Of a stretch of DNA of 64,000 bases, positions 8,760 to 18,444 are shown piece after piece; the first letter of the stretch is position 1; the number at the start of each line of letters is the position of its first letter. Under the pieces are notes generated by a model that did no database searches, was not told the DNA's origin, and saw only the letters and a list, made by a program, of their open reading frames with translations. This stretch comes from an uncultured Acidobacteriota bacterium (GTDB taxonomy: Bacteria > Acidobacteriota > Vicinamibacteria > Vicinamibacterales > UBA8438), in assembly GCA_913043225.1 (NCBI GenBank), contig CAJWLU010000006.1, forward strand, positions 96,001-160,000. The letters run 5' to 3'. Both the position numbers and the translations under genes were made by a program.

Positions 8760-10634
8760 ATGGTCAGAACCAGTTCTCGCTCGAGACGTGATTTCATGGA
8801 GAATGCTGCCCTGCTTGTCGGGGCAGCGGCAGCCAGCGGTTGTTCGCCACAAGAACCGCGACCGGCCGCGGTCGGCGTGACTGTCGGCGGGTCTGGGCAG
8901 CGCGCGACGCCCACCATCCATCCGCATCACAACGACCGCACAAAAGGGTGGTTGCGGTTTCTGTGGGAGAAGGCCACCACGCCTGACGACTGGAGTTATC
9001 GGGGGGACGAAGAACTGCCTTGGGGCATCACTATGGATGCGGCCTCGCAGCGCAGCACGCCGGACTTCACCGTTGGTGGTAATGGGCCCCATCCCTGGTG
9101 GGACCAGTACAGCGCACTGCCGTACTTGAGCTACCCGCGCTTCGACCTGAGCGATTCGAGCTATCCGTTGCTGTTGATGGCCGACCAAACGCCCGCGTGG
9201 CGTGAGGTCTATACGCGGATCCTTGATGAATTGGCGACCCGACATACGGCCTATTGGGCCGCCATCGATTGGAACAGCTTTATCGGAACGAGTCCGGATC
9301 GAGGGAACTATCCGGACGGGATGATGGCCGGATGGCCGGAGCGTCTTCGTGGCAACTACGACCACCCCGGTTGGACGGCGAACGGCGTGGAGCCGTGGGG
9401 GCTCCAGCCGGACCCGATTGGTGCCGACGGCAACCTATTCTTTCGAGGCTGGTTGAATCTGGTGCTGGGCATCTATAAGTACGTCTCAGGTGACGACAAG
9501 TGGGAGCGCCCTTGGCATATCGCGGGATTCGAGGGGCAACAGTTCGAGTGGACGCAGCCGAGGGTGGTCGAGCATCTGCAACGTCAGTACACCGAGCGAC
9601 CAGAGGGCCCGCAGTGCGAGAACACCAAAATCTGGCCGGTGTGTAACAGCGCCGCCGGGCTGGGAATCTACCTATCGGACCAGCTCGGGGTGACCCGCGC
9701 ACACGGAGCGTTCGAGAACTGGATCGAGTTCGCGAAAGACAACTACATGGGGTTCAACGAGCGAAACGAGCTCGAGTGGATAACGGCGTTCTACGATCCG
9801 TTGGAGAACTTCAAGCTGAACGGTCCACCTGGGGGGAGTGGCATGCTGGCGTTCTACCTCCTTCCGCAGTCGCGCGAGATCGGCACCCAGGTCTACGACG
9901 CGGCGGCCAACGCCCTGGGCTGGCGCGATCCGCGGCGGGAGATTGGTCCTGACCCGCTGGGATTGGTCGTTGCAAAGGCGCTGGGTGACCACACGGCGGC
10001 GGCCCGGTTGAGCGCCGCGGCGGAGCGCGACAACGAGCCACTGTGGTTTGGTGACGACGGGGACCGCTTTGGCTGGGGATTTGGCCTGAACGAACCCTGG
10101 CCCCGTGGCCAGGGCACGGCCCGGATGATGGTGTCGGAGATCCAGGAAGGGAGTTGGCTCGACGCGTTCGAGTGCAAGCACCTGGACAAATACAACGCCC
10201 CGACGGTCGAAGGCGTGGAGTATCCGATCGTGGGGGTCGATCAGGCCTGGAACGATCCTGAGAGCGGGGTACTTCATGTCGGCACCTATGCAGCCGACCG
10301 CTCGCGTCGTGGCCAGGACACGAGCTGGACGGTAACGAACCTGCCGAACGCCAGCGATGCGGTCGTGCTTCAGAACGGCTCGGAGCTGCCGGCAGAAGTC
10401 GTTGACTCCGACCGGATTCGCATCCGGACCACGGTCGGCGATTACCGGTACCAGATTTTCACAGGGTATCGCGGGCAGGCATCGGGGGTGGCGCAGCGAG
10501 AGGCGCGCGAAGAGGCGGCCGGTGGCGCCATGTTTGCGACGCCTAGCCGGACCGCCGCCGAGAACGCTCAGGCCGCCGAAGCGGTGATGCTGAGTGGATC
10601 GGCGAGCTGCCCCTGTTGCGGCGGTTCAGCCTAG
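8760..10634 (+). CDS. Linalool dehydratase/isomerase-like Tat lipoprotein
   Basis: SRRDFM Tat motif and ASGC lipobox; DPIGADGNLFFRGWLNL and CENTKIWPVCNS match LDI DPIEKENIMYKGHLNL and CEPDNYFVQCNS (recalled). Confidence 0.75.
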   Translation: MVRTSSRSRRDFMENAALLVGAAAASGCSPQEPRPAAVGVTVGGSGQRATPTIHPHHNDRTKGWLRFLWEKATTPDDWSYRGDEELPWGITMDAASQRSTPDFTVGGNGPHPWWDQYSALPYLSYPRFDLSDSSYPLLLMADQTPAWREVYTRILDELATRHTAYWAAIDWNSFIGTSPDRGNYPDGMMAGWPERLRGNYDHPGWTANGVEPWGLQPDPIGADGNLFFRGWLNLVLGIYKYVSGDDKWERPWHIAGFEGQQFEWTQPRVVEHLQRQYTERPEGPQCENTKIWPVCNSAAGLGIYLSDQLGVTRAHGAFENWIEFAKDNYMGFNERNELEWITAFYDPLENFKLNGPPGGSGMLAFYLLPQSREIGTQVYDAAANALGWRDPRREIGPDPLGLVVAKALGDHTAAARLSAAAERDNEPLWFGDDGDRFGWGFGLNEPWPRGQGTARMMVSEIQEGSWLDAFECKHLDKYNAPTVEGVEYPIVGVDQAWNDPESGVLHVGTYAADRSRRGQDTSWTVTNLPNASDAVVLQNGSELPAEVVDSDRIRIRTTVGDYRYQIFTGYRGQASGVAQREAREEAAGGAMFATPSRTAAENAQAAEAVMLSGSASCPCCGGSA

Positions 10635-10742
10635 GGCCGGAGTCTGAGCGAGGCTCTGACGAAAACCGAGCGAGGCCGTCCGTAGAGGGTGCTGGGTTGC
10701 CTTGCGCCCGGGCACCGAGGTGCTCCGCGGCAGGCTCACGAT

Positions 10743-12476
10743 CTAATCGGGCAACGCGAAGACGAAGAGATTACTCCGGTCGCTCGTGCTGGCCACCACA
10801 TACTGTTTTCCGTCGACGGAGTAGGTGATCGGGAAGCCGAGTACGGGTGAACCGAGGTTGATTTCCCAGAGCACGTCGCCGTTGGTCTGATCGAGTGCCT
10901 TGAAACGCCCGTTGGCGTCGCCCGCAAACACCAACCCACCGGCGGTGGCCACCACCGCCTGTGTCCCAGCCTCCTGTTCATACAGCCATGCGGCCTCGCC
11001 CGTTTCGGCTGAAATGGCCCAGATGCTTCCTCGGTCGGTCTTGCCCGGCGCTAGCTGGAATCGCGCTGCGAGCTGATAGAGGGAGAGACGATTCGGATCG
11101 GAGTCGGTGGCGAGGACGCGCGCGCACATATTCTGCATCGGCACGTACATCGTATTGGTCTCTGGGCTGTAGGAGCCGGCTGGCCAGTTCTTGCCTCCGC
11201 CCCATCCCGGGCACGAGAGGATCTCCTGGCCCATGCGGGTGAAGGTGACCTCGGCGTTGGGTGTGACCGCGCCGGTGGCGCCATCGATGTCGGTGATGAC
11301 GTTCTGCGTGATCGTAGGCGTCGCCCAGAGGAACTCACCGGTTTCGCGGTCAAGGGTGTAGACCACGCCGGTCTTCCCGGGAATGCCGGTGACGACCCTT
11401 CTGACCTCTCCGGCTTGCAGTCTTGGGTTGATCCAGGCGACGGCTTCAGGGTCGGGTGCCACGGCTGTGTCCACCAGCATGCGCTCGTAAGGATGATCCA
11501 GATCCCAGTGGTCGTTCAGATGCTGGTAGTACCAGCGGATCTCGCCGGTATCGCCCTCGAGTGCCAGCGTCGAATTGTGGTAGAGGTGCGTGTTTTCCAC
11601 TCCGCCGAGCATGAATTTCGGGGCCGGAGAGGTTACCGAGGTCCCCACATACACGAGGTCCAACTCATGGTCATAGCTTGGCACCATCCAGGAGCCGACG
11701 TGGAGCCGCCGCTCGTAGGGCACGCCGCCCCAGGTCTCGTCGCCCGGCTCGCCAGGTGCCGGGATCAGACGTCGCCGCCACAGTTCTTCACCAGTGGCAG
11801 CGTCATGGGCCACGATGGCGCAGGTTTCCGGACCGCCATTAGGCCGGCAGCTGCGTCCTGAGATCACCCGCCCACCGGCGATAATCGGGCCAGCGGTGTG
11901 TCGGGTCGGATTGACGTCGTAATCGAAAATCTCGGTTTCCCACGCCAGCTCGCCGGTAACCGCGTCGACCGCGTAGACATAGCCGTCGTTGCCAGTGTCG
12001 ATGATGGTGCGGCCATAGATGGCGATGTTTCGATTCACCGACACAAGCCGGGCGCCGCCTAGGACATCGGGCGCGTCGTCTGGGATGGGACGGTGATACT
12101 CCCACTTGAGGTCGCCGGTGCGGGCGTCAATCGCCTGAAGAATATCGTTCGGGTTCGGGAAGTAGAGCGTGCCGTCGTAGGCGATCGGTGTCCCTTCCTG
12201 TCCACCGTCCCGCAGCGGACGCGTCCACACCAGGCGGAGGTCGTCGACGTTGTTGCGGTTGATCTCGTCGAGCGGACTAAAGCCCCAGGAATTGGTGGTG
12301 CGTCGCCAGGTGAGCCAGTCGCTGGGCGCCGGGTCGTTCAGCACGGCGTCAGTTACCGGGACGAAGTCGTCGCTGGGCTGTGCCCACGCCGGGTGGACCA
12401 GGGTTGAACCAAGAAGGACAGCGGCGACGCCGAGAGAACTTCGACGCGTGCGAGTGCGGGTGAGCAGCCCCGTCAT
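10743..12476 (-). CDS. PQQ-dependent dehydrogenase family protein
   Basis: DWLTWRR..FSPL..IN, QEGTP, WYYQHLNDHWDLD, TAGGLVFAGD, PITYSVDGKQYV. Confidence 0.9.
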   Translation of the reverse strand: MTGLLTRTRTRRSSLGVAAVLLGSTLVHPAWAQPSDDFVPVTDAVLNDPAPSDWLTWRRTTNSWGFSPLDEINRNNVDDLRLVWTRPLRDGGQEGTPIAYDGTLYFPNPNDILQAIDARTGDLKWEYHRPIPDDAPDVLGGARLVSVNRNIAIYGRTIIDTGNDGYVYAVDAVTGELAWETEIFDYDVNPTRHTAGPIIAGGRVISGRSCRPNGGPETCAIVAHDAATGEELWRRRLIPAPGEPGDETWGGVPYERRLHVGSWMVPSYDHELDLVYVGTSVTSPAPKFMLGGVENTHLYHNSTLALEGDTGEIRWYYQHLNDHWDLDHPYERMLVDTAVAPDPEAVAWINPRLQAGEVRRVVTGIPGKTGVVYTLDRETGEFLWATPTITQNVITDIDGATGAVTPNAEVTFTRMGQEILSCPGWGGGKNWPAGSYSPETNTMYVPMQNMCARVLATDSDPNRLSLYQLAARFQLAPGKTDRGSIWAISAETGEAAWLYEQEAGTQAVVATAGGLVFAGDANGRFKALDQTNGDVLWEINLGSPVLGFPITYSVDGKQYVVASTSDRSNLFVFALPD

Positions 12477-12491
12477 TGAAAGAACCTCCAG

Positions 12492-13838
12492 TTAGGACCC
12501 GGCGACGATGCGATAGAGCTTCGACGCGGTCCTGATGAATAGACTGCCGTGAGCGATAGCTGGCGTGGCCATCGTGAACTCCTCGAGCGAGTTCACGCCT
12601 AGTACCTCGAACTCGGTCCCCGGCTTGATGACGTAGGTGTCACCGCCCTCGCTGAGCGCGAAGATCTTGTCCCCGTAGACCCAGGGCGAGGCGGTAAAGG
12701 CCGCCCCCACCGCAATCCGCACACGGTCGTAGACCTCGGCGCCGGTCGTGGCATCGTGCGCGGTAAAGAAGCCCCGGTCGTGCACTGTGTAGTAGATACC
12801 GTCGTGAATGACTGGTGAGGGGTGGTAGGGCGCCGCCTGCGGGTGCGACCAGGCGATGAACTCGTTCGACGTTTCGCCGTCGGCCAGACTGATGTCGCCA
12901 CTGGCACCAGGGCGGATGGCATAGATCGGCCGATGCTGGTCGCCGACGTAGCCGGAACCGAGATAGAGCAGTCCGCCGTGGCTGAACGGCATAGGGATGG
13001 TGATGGAGGACAGGCCCTCCAAATCCCATAGCATGCTGCCGTCAAGGCTGTAGGAGCGGACCCTTCCCGCGCCGGTGGTGACGAGCTCGGTGCGGCCATC
13101 GTGTTCCCAGATATACGGCGTCGACCAGTTCGAGCCTTCATCGCGCTCGACCCGCCAGACCTCGGCGCCTGTTTCTGCACTGAGCGCCATGAGATAGGAC
13201 TGATCTTCACTGTCGTGTACGAGATAGACACGGCCATCGTGGAGAACGGGCGAGGCGCCAGTACCCCAGCCGTTGACCATCTGGGCCGACTCGACCTCGC
13301 GCGACCACAGCACGTCTCCGTTGAGGTCGAGACAGTAGAGGCCGACATTGCCAAAGTAGACGTAGAACCGCTCGCCGTCGGTGACCGGCGTTTCCGAGGC
13401 GAACGTGTTCTTCAGATGGTGTGAGGTGACAGGGATGCCAGAGCGCACGTTGCGCTCCCATTGAATCGCCCCGGAGTTGGCATCGAGAGCATAGACCGTC
13501 CAGTGATGCATATCGGTCGGCACCCCGCGCTCGCCTCCGCCGTAGAGCCCACCCTGTGGGGTTTCTACGGTGCCCTCGCTCGTGACCGAGGTCAGCACCA
13601 CTAGGTCGCCAGAGACGATCGGTGAGCTCCACCCGGCGCCCGGAATCTCAGTGACCCAGGCCACGTTCTCGGTGCGGCTCCAGTGCTCTGGCAGTCCCTC
13701 GGCTTCGACGATGCCATCGGAGGTCGGGCCACGGAACTGGGGCCAGTCGTTGGCCGAGAGGGGAAGAACGAATAGCGCCCAGGCCGCCACGAGCCAACCC
13801 GTGCGGCGAAGATGAACAGAGAGCATTCTGGATGTCAT
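12492..13838 (-). CDS. PQQ-binding-like (BamB-like) beta-propeller protein
   Basis: DWPQFRGP, WSSPIV, ASETPVTDG, WSTP, FTASP, ATPAIA repeats; signal peptide. Confidence 0.85.
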   Translation of the reverse strand: MTSRMLSVHLRRTGWLVAAWALFVLPLSANDWPQFRGPTSDGIVEAEGLPEHWSRTENVAWVTEIPGAGWSSPIVSGDLVVLTSVTSEGTVETPQGGLYGGGERGVPTDMHHWTVYALDANSGAIQWERNVRSGIPVTSHHLKNTFASETPVTDGERFYVYFGNVGLYCLDLNGDVLWSREVESAQMVNGWGTGASPVLHDGRVYLVHDSEDQSYLMALSAETGAEVWRVERDEGSNWSTPYIWEHDGRTELVTTGAGRVRSYSLDGSMLWDLEGLSSITIPMPFSHGGLLYLGSGYVGDQHRPIYAIRPGASGDISLADGETSNEFIAWSHPQAAPYHPSPVIHDGIYYTVHDRGFFTAHDATTGAEVYDRVRIAVGAAFTASPWVYGDKIFALSEGGDTYVIKPGTEFEVLGVNSLEEFTMATPAIAHGSLFIRTASKLYRIVAGS

Positions 13839-13948
13839 TACAGCAGGAGATGATGCCTGTCTCGGGCCCAACTGTCCAGCGCTGAAGGCGGTCCGCGCCT
13901 GGTGCGACCGGTATACTTTGCCCGAGTCATACCGAAGGAGTTGCAGAG

Positions 13949-14881
13949 ATGAGCCGACCGATTGCAGACGTTGCGCTGGCGCTCCTAGCGCTCGGGTGTG
14001 GAGTACTGCCCGCCTCTGCGCAGTCCGGTTTCGACGCGCGCACGTCTTGGGGCGATCCGGACCTGCAGGGTGTCTGGTCCTACGCCACACTGACCCCGTT
14101 CGAGCGGCCCGAGGAGTTCGAGGGGCGCGCCCGCTACACCCCAGAGGAAGCGGCGGCCTACACGGAGCTTCGGAAGACCGACCGGCCCGACCGGCCGGGC
14201 GTGGATCCGGGCGGCTACAACGCGCTGTGGTGGGACGGCGGGTGGATTCTGCCGGACAACCGCACGTCCCAAATCGTCGACCCACCCAGTGGTCGCCTGC
14301 CACTCAACGAGACCGGGCGAGCACGGCTGAAAGGGCTACGGCAGCATCGGCGGGAGCATCCAGCCGATTCGTTCACCGATCGCACCAACTGGGACCGGTG
14401 CCTGACCTATCACGGCGTGCCTCCGGTGGGGACGAACTACAACAACTCGTACCACATTCTCCAGACGCCAGACGTGGTGGCCATTCAGGTGGAGAACATC
14501 CACGACGTGCGCATGATCCCGCTGGGCGACAAGCCCCGGCTCGACGCCTCAATCGGGCAATGGAACGGCGACTCGCGGGCCTACTGGGATGGAGATACGC
14601 TGGTGGTCGAGACCCGAAACTACAGCGACAAGACCGAACTGCGGTTTCTCTCGACGCCGAACACACGAGCCGTGGAGCGGTTCACCCGCATCGGTCCCGA
14701 CACCATCGACTACACCTTCACGATCGAGGACAACGAGATCTACACGCAGCCCTGGACCGTCGACCGTCCGATGGCCAGGCTCGACGACTACATCATCTAC
14801 GAATACGCTTGCCACGAAGGGAACTACGCGTTGACCAACATCATGGCTGGTGAACGGGTGCGCGAGGCCGGCGGTCGCTAG
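13949..14881 (+). CDS. Uncharacterised exported protein, YACHEGN family (copy 2)
   Basis: TSWGDPDLQGVW, TPFERP, DRC, YNNSYHILQTP, GDSRAYWDGDTLVVET, YEYACHEGNY. Confidence 0.85.
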   Translation: MSRPIADVALALLALGCGVLPASAQSGFDARTSWGDPDLQGVWSYATLTPFERPEEFEGRARYTPEEAAAYTELRKTDRPDRPGVDPGGYNALWWDGGWILPDNRTSQIVDPPSGRLPLNETGRARLKGLRQHRREHPADSFTDRTNWDRCLTYHGVPPVGTNYNNSYHILQTPDVVAIQVENIHDVRMIPLGDKPRLDASIGQWNGDSRAYWDGDTLVVETRNYSDKTELRFLSTPNTRAVERFTRIGPDTIDYTFTIEDNEIYTQPWTVDRPMARLDDYIIYEYACHEGNYALTNIMAGERVREAGGR

Positions 14882-14901
14882 GTCGCGGGGAGACGAGAAG
14901 G

Positions 14902-15849
14902 ATGTATCGAGACGCTGTTGTGGCGCTGCTATTCGTGTTGGGCGTGGCGGCCAGTGCCGAAGCCCAATCGTGGAGCCCGCCGGCCGAATCAGAACGCTGC
15001 CCGTCGAAGTGGGGCGCGGGAGACGAACGCGGATCGGCGAATCACATGGGGACGGCCAGTGTGCTACGGGCGGCGCAGCTGATTCAGGAGGGTGAGGTGG
15101 TCGAACTCGGCCACGTGCTGCGCGAGTCGATGCCGCTGGGCAACCGGCATTACGACCTCTTCATGAAGCCGACCTTCATGAACCTGCAGGGCAATCAGCG
15201 CGGTTCGAACGAGGAGATCGTGTCGCTGGAACTCGGGCAGGTCGGCACTCAGTTAGACGGATTCACGCACCAGACCATCGGCGACTCGCTCTATAACTGT
15301 TTCAGCGTTAGCGAGACCATCACGAGGGACGGTTTCAGCCGGCTCGGTATCGAGAACGTCGGCATGCTGATGACGCGTGGCGTCCTGCTCGATATCGCCA
15401 AGCTGAAGGGCGTGGAGACCCTGCCGGCGGACTACGAAATCACCACCGAGGATCTGCAGCAGGCGCTAGCCGACGCGAGCCTGACGCTCGAACAAGGTGA
15501 CGCCGTCATCATCAACACGGGGTGGGGTCGATACTGGACCAGAGATGTCGAGCGCTTCCTCGGTCCCGCCCCGGGTATCGGCGTGGCTGCGGCGGAGTGG
15601 CTCGTCTCACAGGATCCGATGTTGGTGGGCGGTGACAACCAGCCGGTCGAAATTCAGCCGAATCCCGACCCCGAGGTCTCGCTGCCGATCCATCAGATCA
15701 TGCTGGTGGTCAATGGGATCCATCTGCTGGAACGGATGAACCTCGAAGACCTAGTCTCGCGTGAGGTTTACGAGTTTGCGTTCGTGCTGCAACCGCTGAA
15801 GCTCGAGGGAGCGACAGGTTCGACGGTGGCGCCGGCTGCGATCTATTGA
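14902..15849 (+). CDS. Cyclase/kynurenine formamidase-like metal hydrolase, exported
   Basis: WGAGDERGSAN, QVGTQLDGFTH, RGVLLDI, GDAVIINTGW, PGIG, GATGS. Confidence 0.85.
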   Translation: MYRDAVVALLFVLGVAASAEAQSWSPPAESERCPSKWGAGDERGSANHMGTASVLRAAQLIQEGEVVELGHVLRESMPLGNRHYDLFMKPTFMNLQGNQRGSNEEIVSLELGQVGTQLDGFTHQTIGDSLYNCFSVSETITRDGFSRLGIENVGMLMTRGVLLDIAKLKGVETLPADYEITTEDLQQALADASLTLEQGDAVIINTGWGRYWTRDVERFLGPAPGIGVAAAEWLVSQDPMLVGGDNQPVEIQPNPDPEVSLPIHQIMLVVNGIHLLERMNLEDLVSREVYEFAFVLQPLKLEGATGSTVAPAAIY

Positions 15850-15862
15850 GTTCCGTGGGTTA

Positions 15863-16620
15863 CTAGGGGGTCTGGCCAGTTCGCCGCCAGCGTCCCACGG
15901 CGCGCCGGACTCTGCCCGCGCCTATCCAGAGACCGAGACCGCTCGAGGCCAGACCGCCCGCCATGAGTAAGAGCATCCCAACGTCCCACAGTGGTCGGCG
16001 CTCATACCAGAACCGGAAATCGAGGCTGTGTAGGCCGTTGAAGAGCCATCGTTCCAGTCGCTCGTAGCGATGCACCGTGCGGGCGACCTTTTCGGTTGCC
16101 GGGTCGACATACGCCCACGTCTCCATCGGGTCGTCGAAACGTACGCGAACGATTGGGAGTGGAGGCCGTTCCTGTCCGCGACCGTAGTAGTACGAATCGT
16201 AGACCTCCTGGACGCGGACATCGACGACAGCAGCTCCGGTCAGAGCTCCATTTCGTAACCGTTCGACGAGTTTCTTCACGTTGACCGAGCGTGGCACCAT
16301 GGTGAGGGCGTCGAGGAGGAGGGGGGGCTGTGCGGCTGGGTCGCGAGCGCCCCCCGAGTCGGACGTCATAGAACGCCGCGTCACCAATGCTCAGGAACTC
16401 GATTTCCTTGATCATCTGGTCGTCGGTTGCTCGATTCAGCGCCGCCGCGTCAAGCGGTGGGTAATTCGCGAGAGTTAGAGGCTCGGCGGTGAGCGCGTTT
16501 GGCGACACGCTTAACCCGGTCGCAGTCATCCATGCGAACGGCTGTACTGAAAGAAGACCACTGAAAATCCATGTCAGAGTCGCGACGCCGAAGATGGCGC
16601 CAGTGAGGTAGTGCCAGAAA
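15863..16620 (-). pseudogene. PepSY-associated TM protein, 5'-truncated and frameshifted
   Basis: One frame reads WHYLTGAIFGVATLTWIFSGLLS..KEIEF; a different frame reads YDSYYY...RWLFNGLHSLDF..RPLWD; frameshift near 16330-16370; no N-terminal half. Confidence 0.75.
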
Positions 16621-16864
16621 AGGATTTCTCGGAAGAAAGGCAGGTTAGTCTTGCGTCGACAACATTGCTGAATGTCGACTTTGTTTCCACTTAAGTTTCT
16701 CTGAAGTTTGCAGAGACCGCGTGAAATGGTCTTTCTTCCGAACGGCGCGAGGGGGCCGCCGGTTGCCGTAGCGGGAGGCGGACGTTTTGGGCGAGAATCT
16801 GGAGGATTGGGCGGGGATTCGAAACTGCTCGAGCGCCGGAGGACCTTGCCGGAACTGAAGAGTT

Positions 16865-18442
16865 ATGACCATCAATGTGCCGCGTCGAGAGTTCTTTCGA
16901 CTGGCTGCGGTTGGCGGGCTTCTGCTGCCGGAATACCTGCTCGAGGCGCAGTCAACGGACGTAGAGGCGCGCACCAGGTTCGGTGTTGTGCGGGGCGGGC
17001 GGGCAGGGGGCGTGAACGTCTTCAAGGGCGTGCCCTACGGTGCCGACACTGGTGGCGCTAACCGGTTTATGCCGCCGAAGGACCCAGCGCCGTGGTCCGG
17101 TATAAAGGAGACAGTCGACTACGGTCCGGCCGCTCCACAGAGCGACCCAGTGTCGGGCCGGCAGCAGGATGGGCATGAGAGCGAGGACTGCCTCGTGCTC
17201 AACGTGTGGACGCGAGGTGTGTCTGACGGCGGTCGCCGACCGGTAATGTTTTGGTGTCACGGTGGCGGCTTTCGCACGCTGTCCGGTTCGTCGCCGCGCT
17301 ACGACGGGACGAATCTTGCGCTTCGGGGCGATGTGGTCGTCGTCACGATCAACCATCGGCTCAATGCCCTGGGGTTCACGCACTTCGGCGACCTCGAACC
17401 CACCTTCGCCACCTCCGGTACCGTCGGTATGCAGGACATCGTGCATGCCCTGCGCTGGGTCCGCGACAACATCGAGGAGTTTGGCGGCGACCCCGACCGG
17501 GTGATGATCTTCGGCGAGTCTGGCGGCGGGCGGAAGGTGGCCACGCTGTTAGGGATGCCATCGGCGAACGGGCTGTTTCACGCGGCGCTGATCGAGAGCG
17601 GCGCCACACTGCGATTACCAGAGCGCGAGCCAGCCACCGGGTTGGCGATCTCCGTGCTCGGGGAACTGGGCCTGAGCCGAACCGCGGTCAGAAACATCCA
17701 GCAGGTGCCGGTCAATCGGCTAATGGCGGCGTATCACGCGGTGTCGGCCAGGGCGCGGGATGCTGGCGGTGGGACCTTCGCGCCAACGATGGATGGGGAG
17801 GTGGTGCCGCATCACCCGTTCTGGCCTGAGGCGTCGCCGGTGAATCCAGACGTGCCGGTCATCGTCGGCGCGAACCGTACCGAGATGACCTACTTCGGTG
17901 ACGAGGCGGCGTTCTCGCTCGACGAGGCCGGGATGCGTGGGCGGGTGGCCAGCTTGGTTGGTGACGAACATGCGGGCGAGGTCATCGACGTCTACCAGGA
18001 CGAGAATCACGGGGCATCGCCCTCGGAGGTCTACTTCCTCATCTTCAGCGACTACCGGTATGTCATGGCGTCGATCACCATCGCCGAGCGACGCGCCGCG
18101 TTGAACCCGCAAACCTTCCTGTACTACCTCACCTGGGAAACGGCTGAGACAGGGCGCGGCATGCTGAGCCCACACACACTCGATATTCCGTTCATCTTCG
18201 ACAACGTCCGGACGCATCCCCTCACCCGGGGTAGCGAGACGGCCATCACCCTGGCCGATAAAATCAGTGACTCCGTTATCGGTTTCGCCCGCACGGGGAG
18301 TCCCGATGTGGGCAAGCTCCCAGAGTGGCGTCCCTACGACGTGGCAGACCGGGCGACCATGGTCTGGGATAACCAGAGCCGGGTCGTCAACGACCCCATC
18401 GCTGGGCAGCGACGGATCATGCAGCCGATACTTGGGCTCTGA
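16865..18442 (+). CDS. Tat-exported carboxylesterase (p-nitrobenzyl esterase-like)
   Basis: PRREFF Tat motif, FKGVPYG, SEDCLVLNVW, HGGGF, FGESGGG, SPHTLDIPF. Confidence 0.92.
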   Translation: MTINVPRREFFRLAAVGGLLLPEYLLEAQSTDVEARTRFGVVRGGRAGGVNVFKGVPYGADTGGANRFMPPKDPAPWSGIKETVDYGPAAPQSDPVSGRQQDGHESEDCLVLNVWTRGVSDGGRRPVMFWCHGGGFRTLSGSSPRYDGTNLALRGDVVVVTINHRLNALGFTHFGDLEPTFATSGTVGMQDIVHALRWVRDNIEEFGGDPDRVMIFGESGGGRKVATLLGMPSANGLFHAALIESGATLRLPEREPATGLAISVLGELGLSRTAVRNIQQVPVNRLMAAYHAVSARARDAGGGTFAPTMDGEVVPHHPFWPEASPVNPDVPVIVGANRTEMTYFGDEAAFSLDEAGMRGRVASLVGDEHAGEVIDVYQDENHGASPSEVYFLIFSDYRYVMASITIAERRAALNPQTFLYYLTWETAETGRGMLSPHTLDIPFIFDNVRTHPLTRGSETAITLADKISDSVIGFARTGSPDVGKLPEWRPYDVADRATMVWDNQSRVVNDPIAGQRRIMQPILGL

Positions 18443-18444
18443 CT

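Noticed and set aside
12492..14303. 603-aa version of the PQQ-repeat ORF
   Set aside because: The N-terminal extension is antisense to the 13949 gene; the signal peptide begins near 13838
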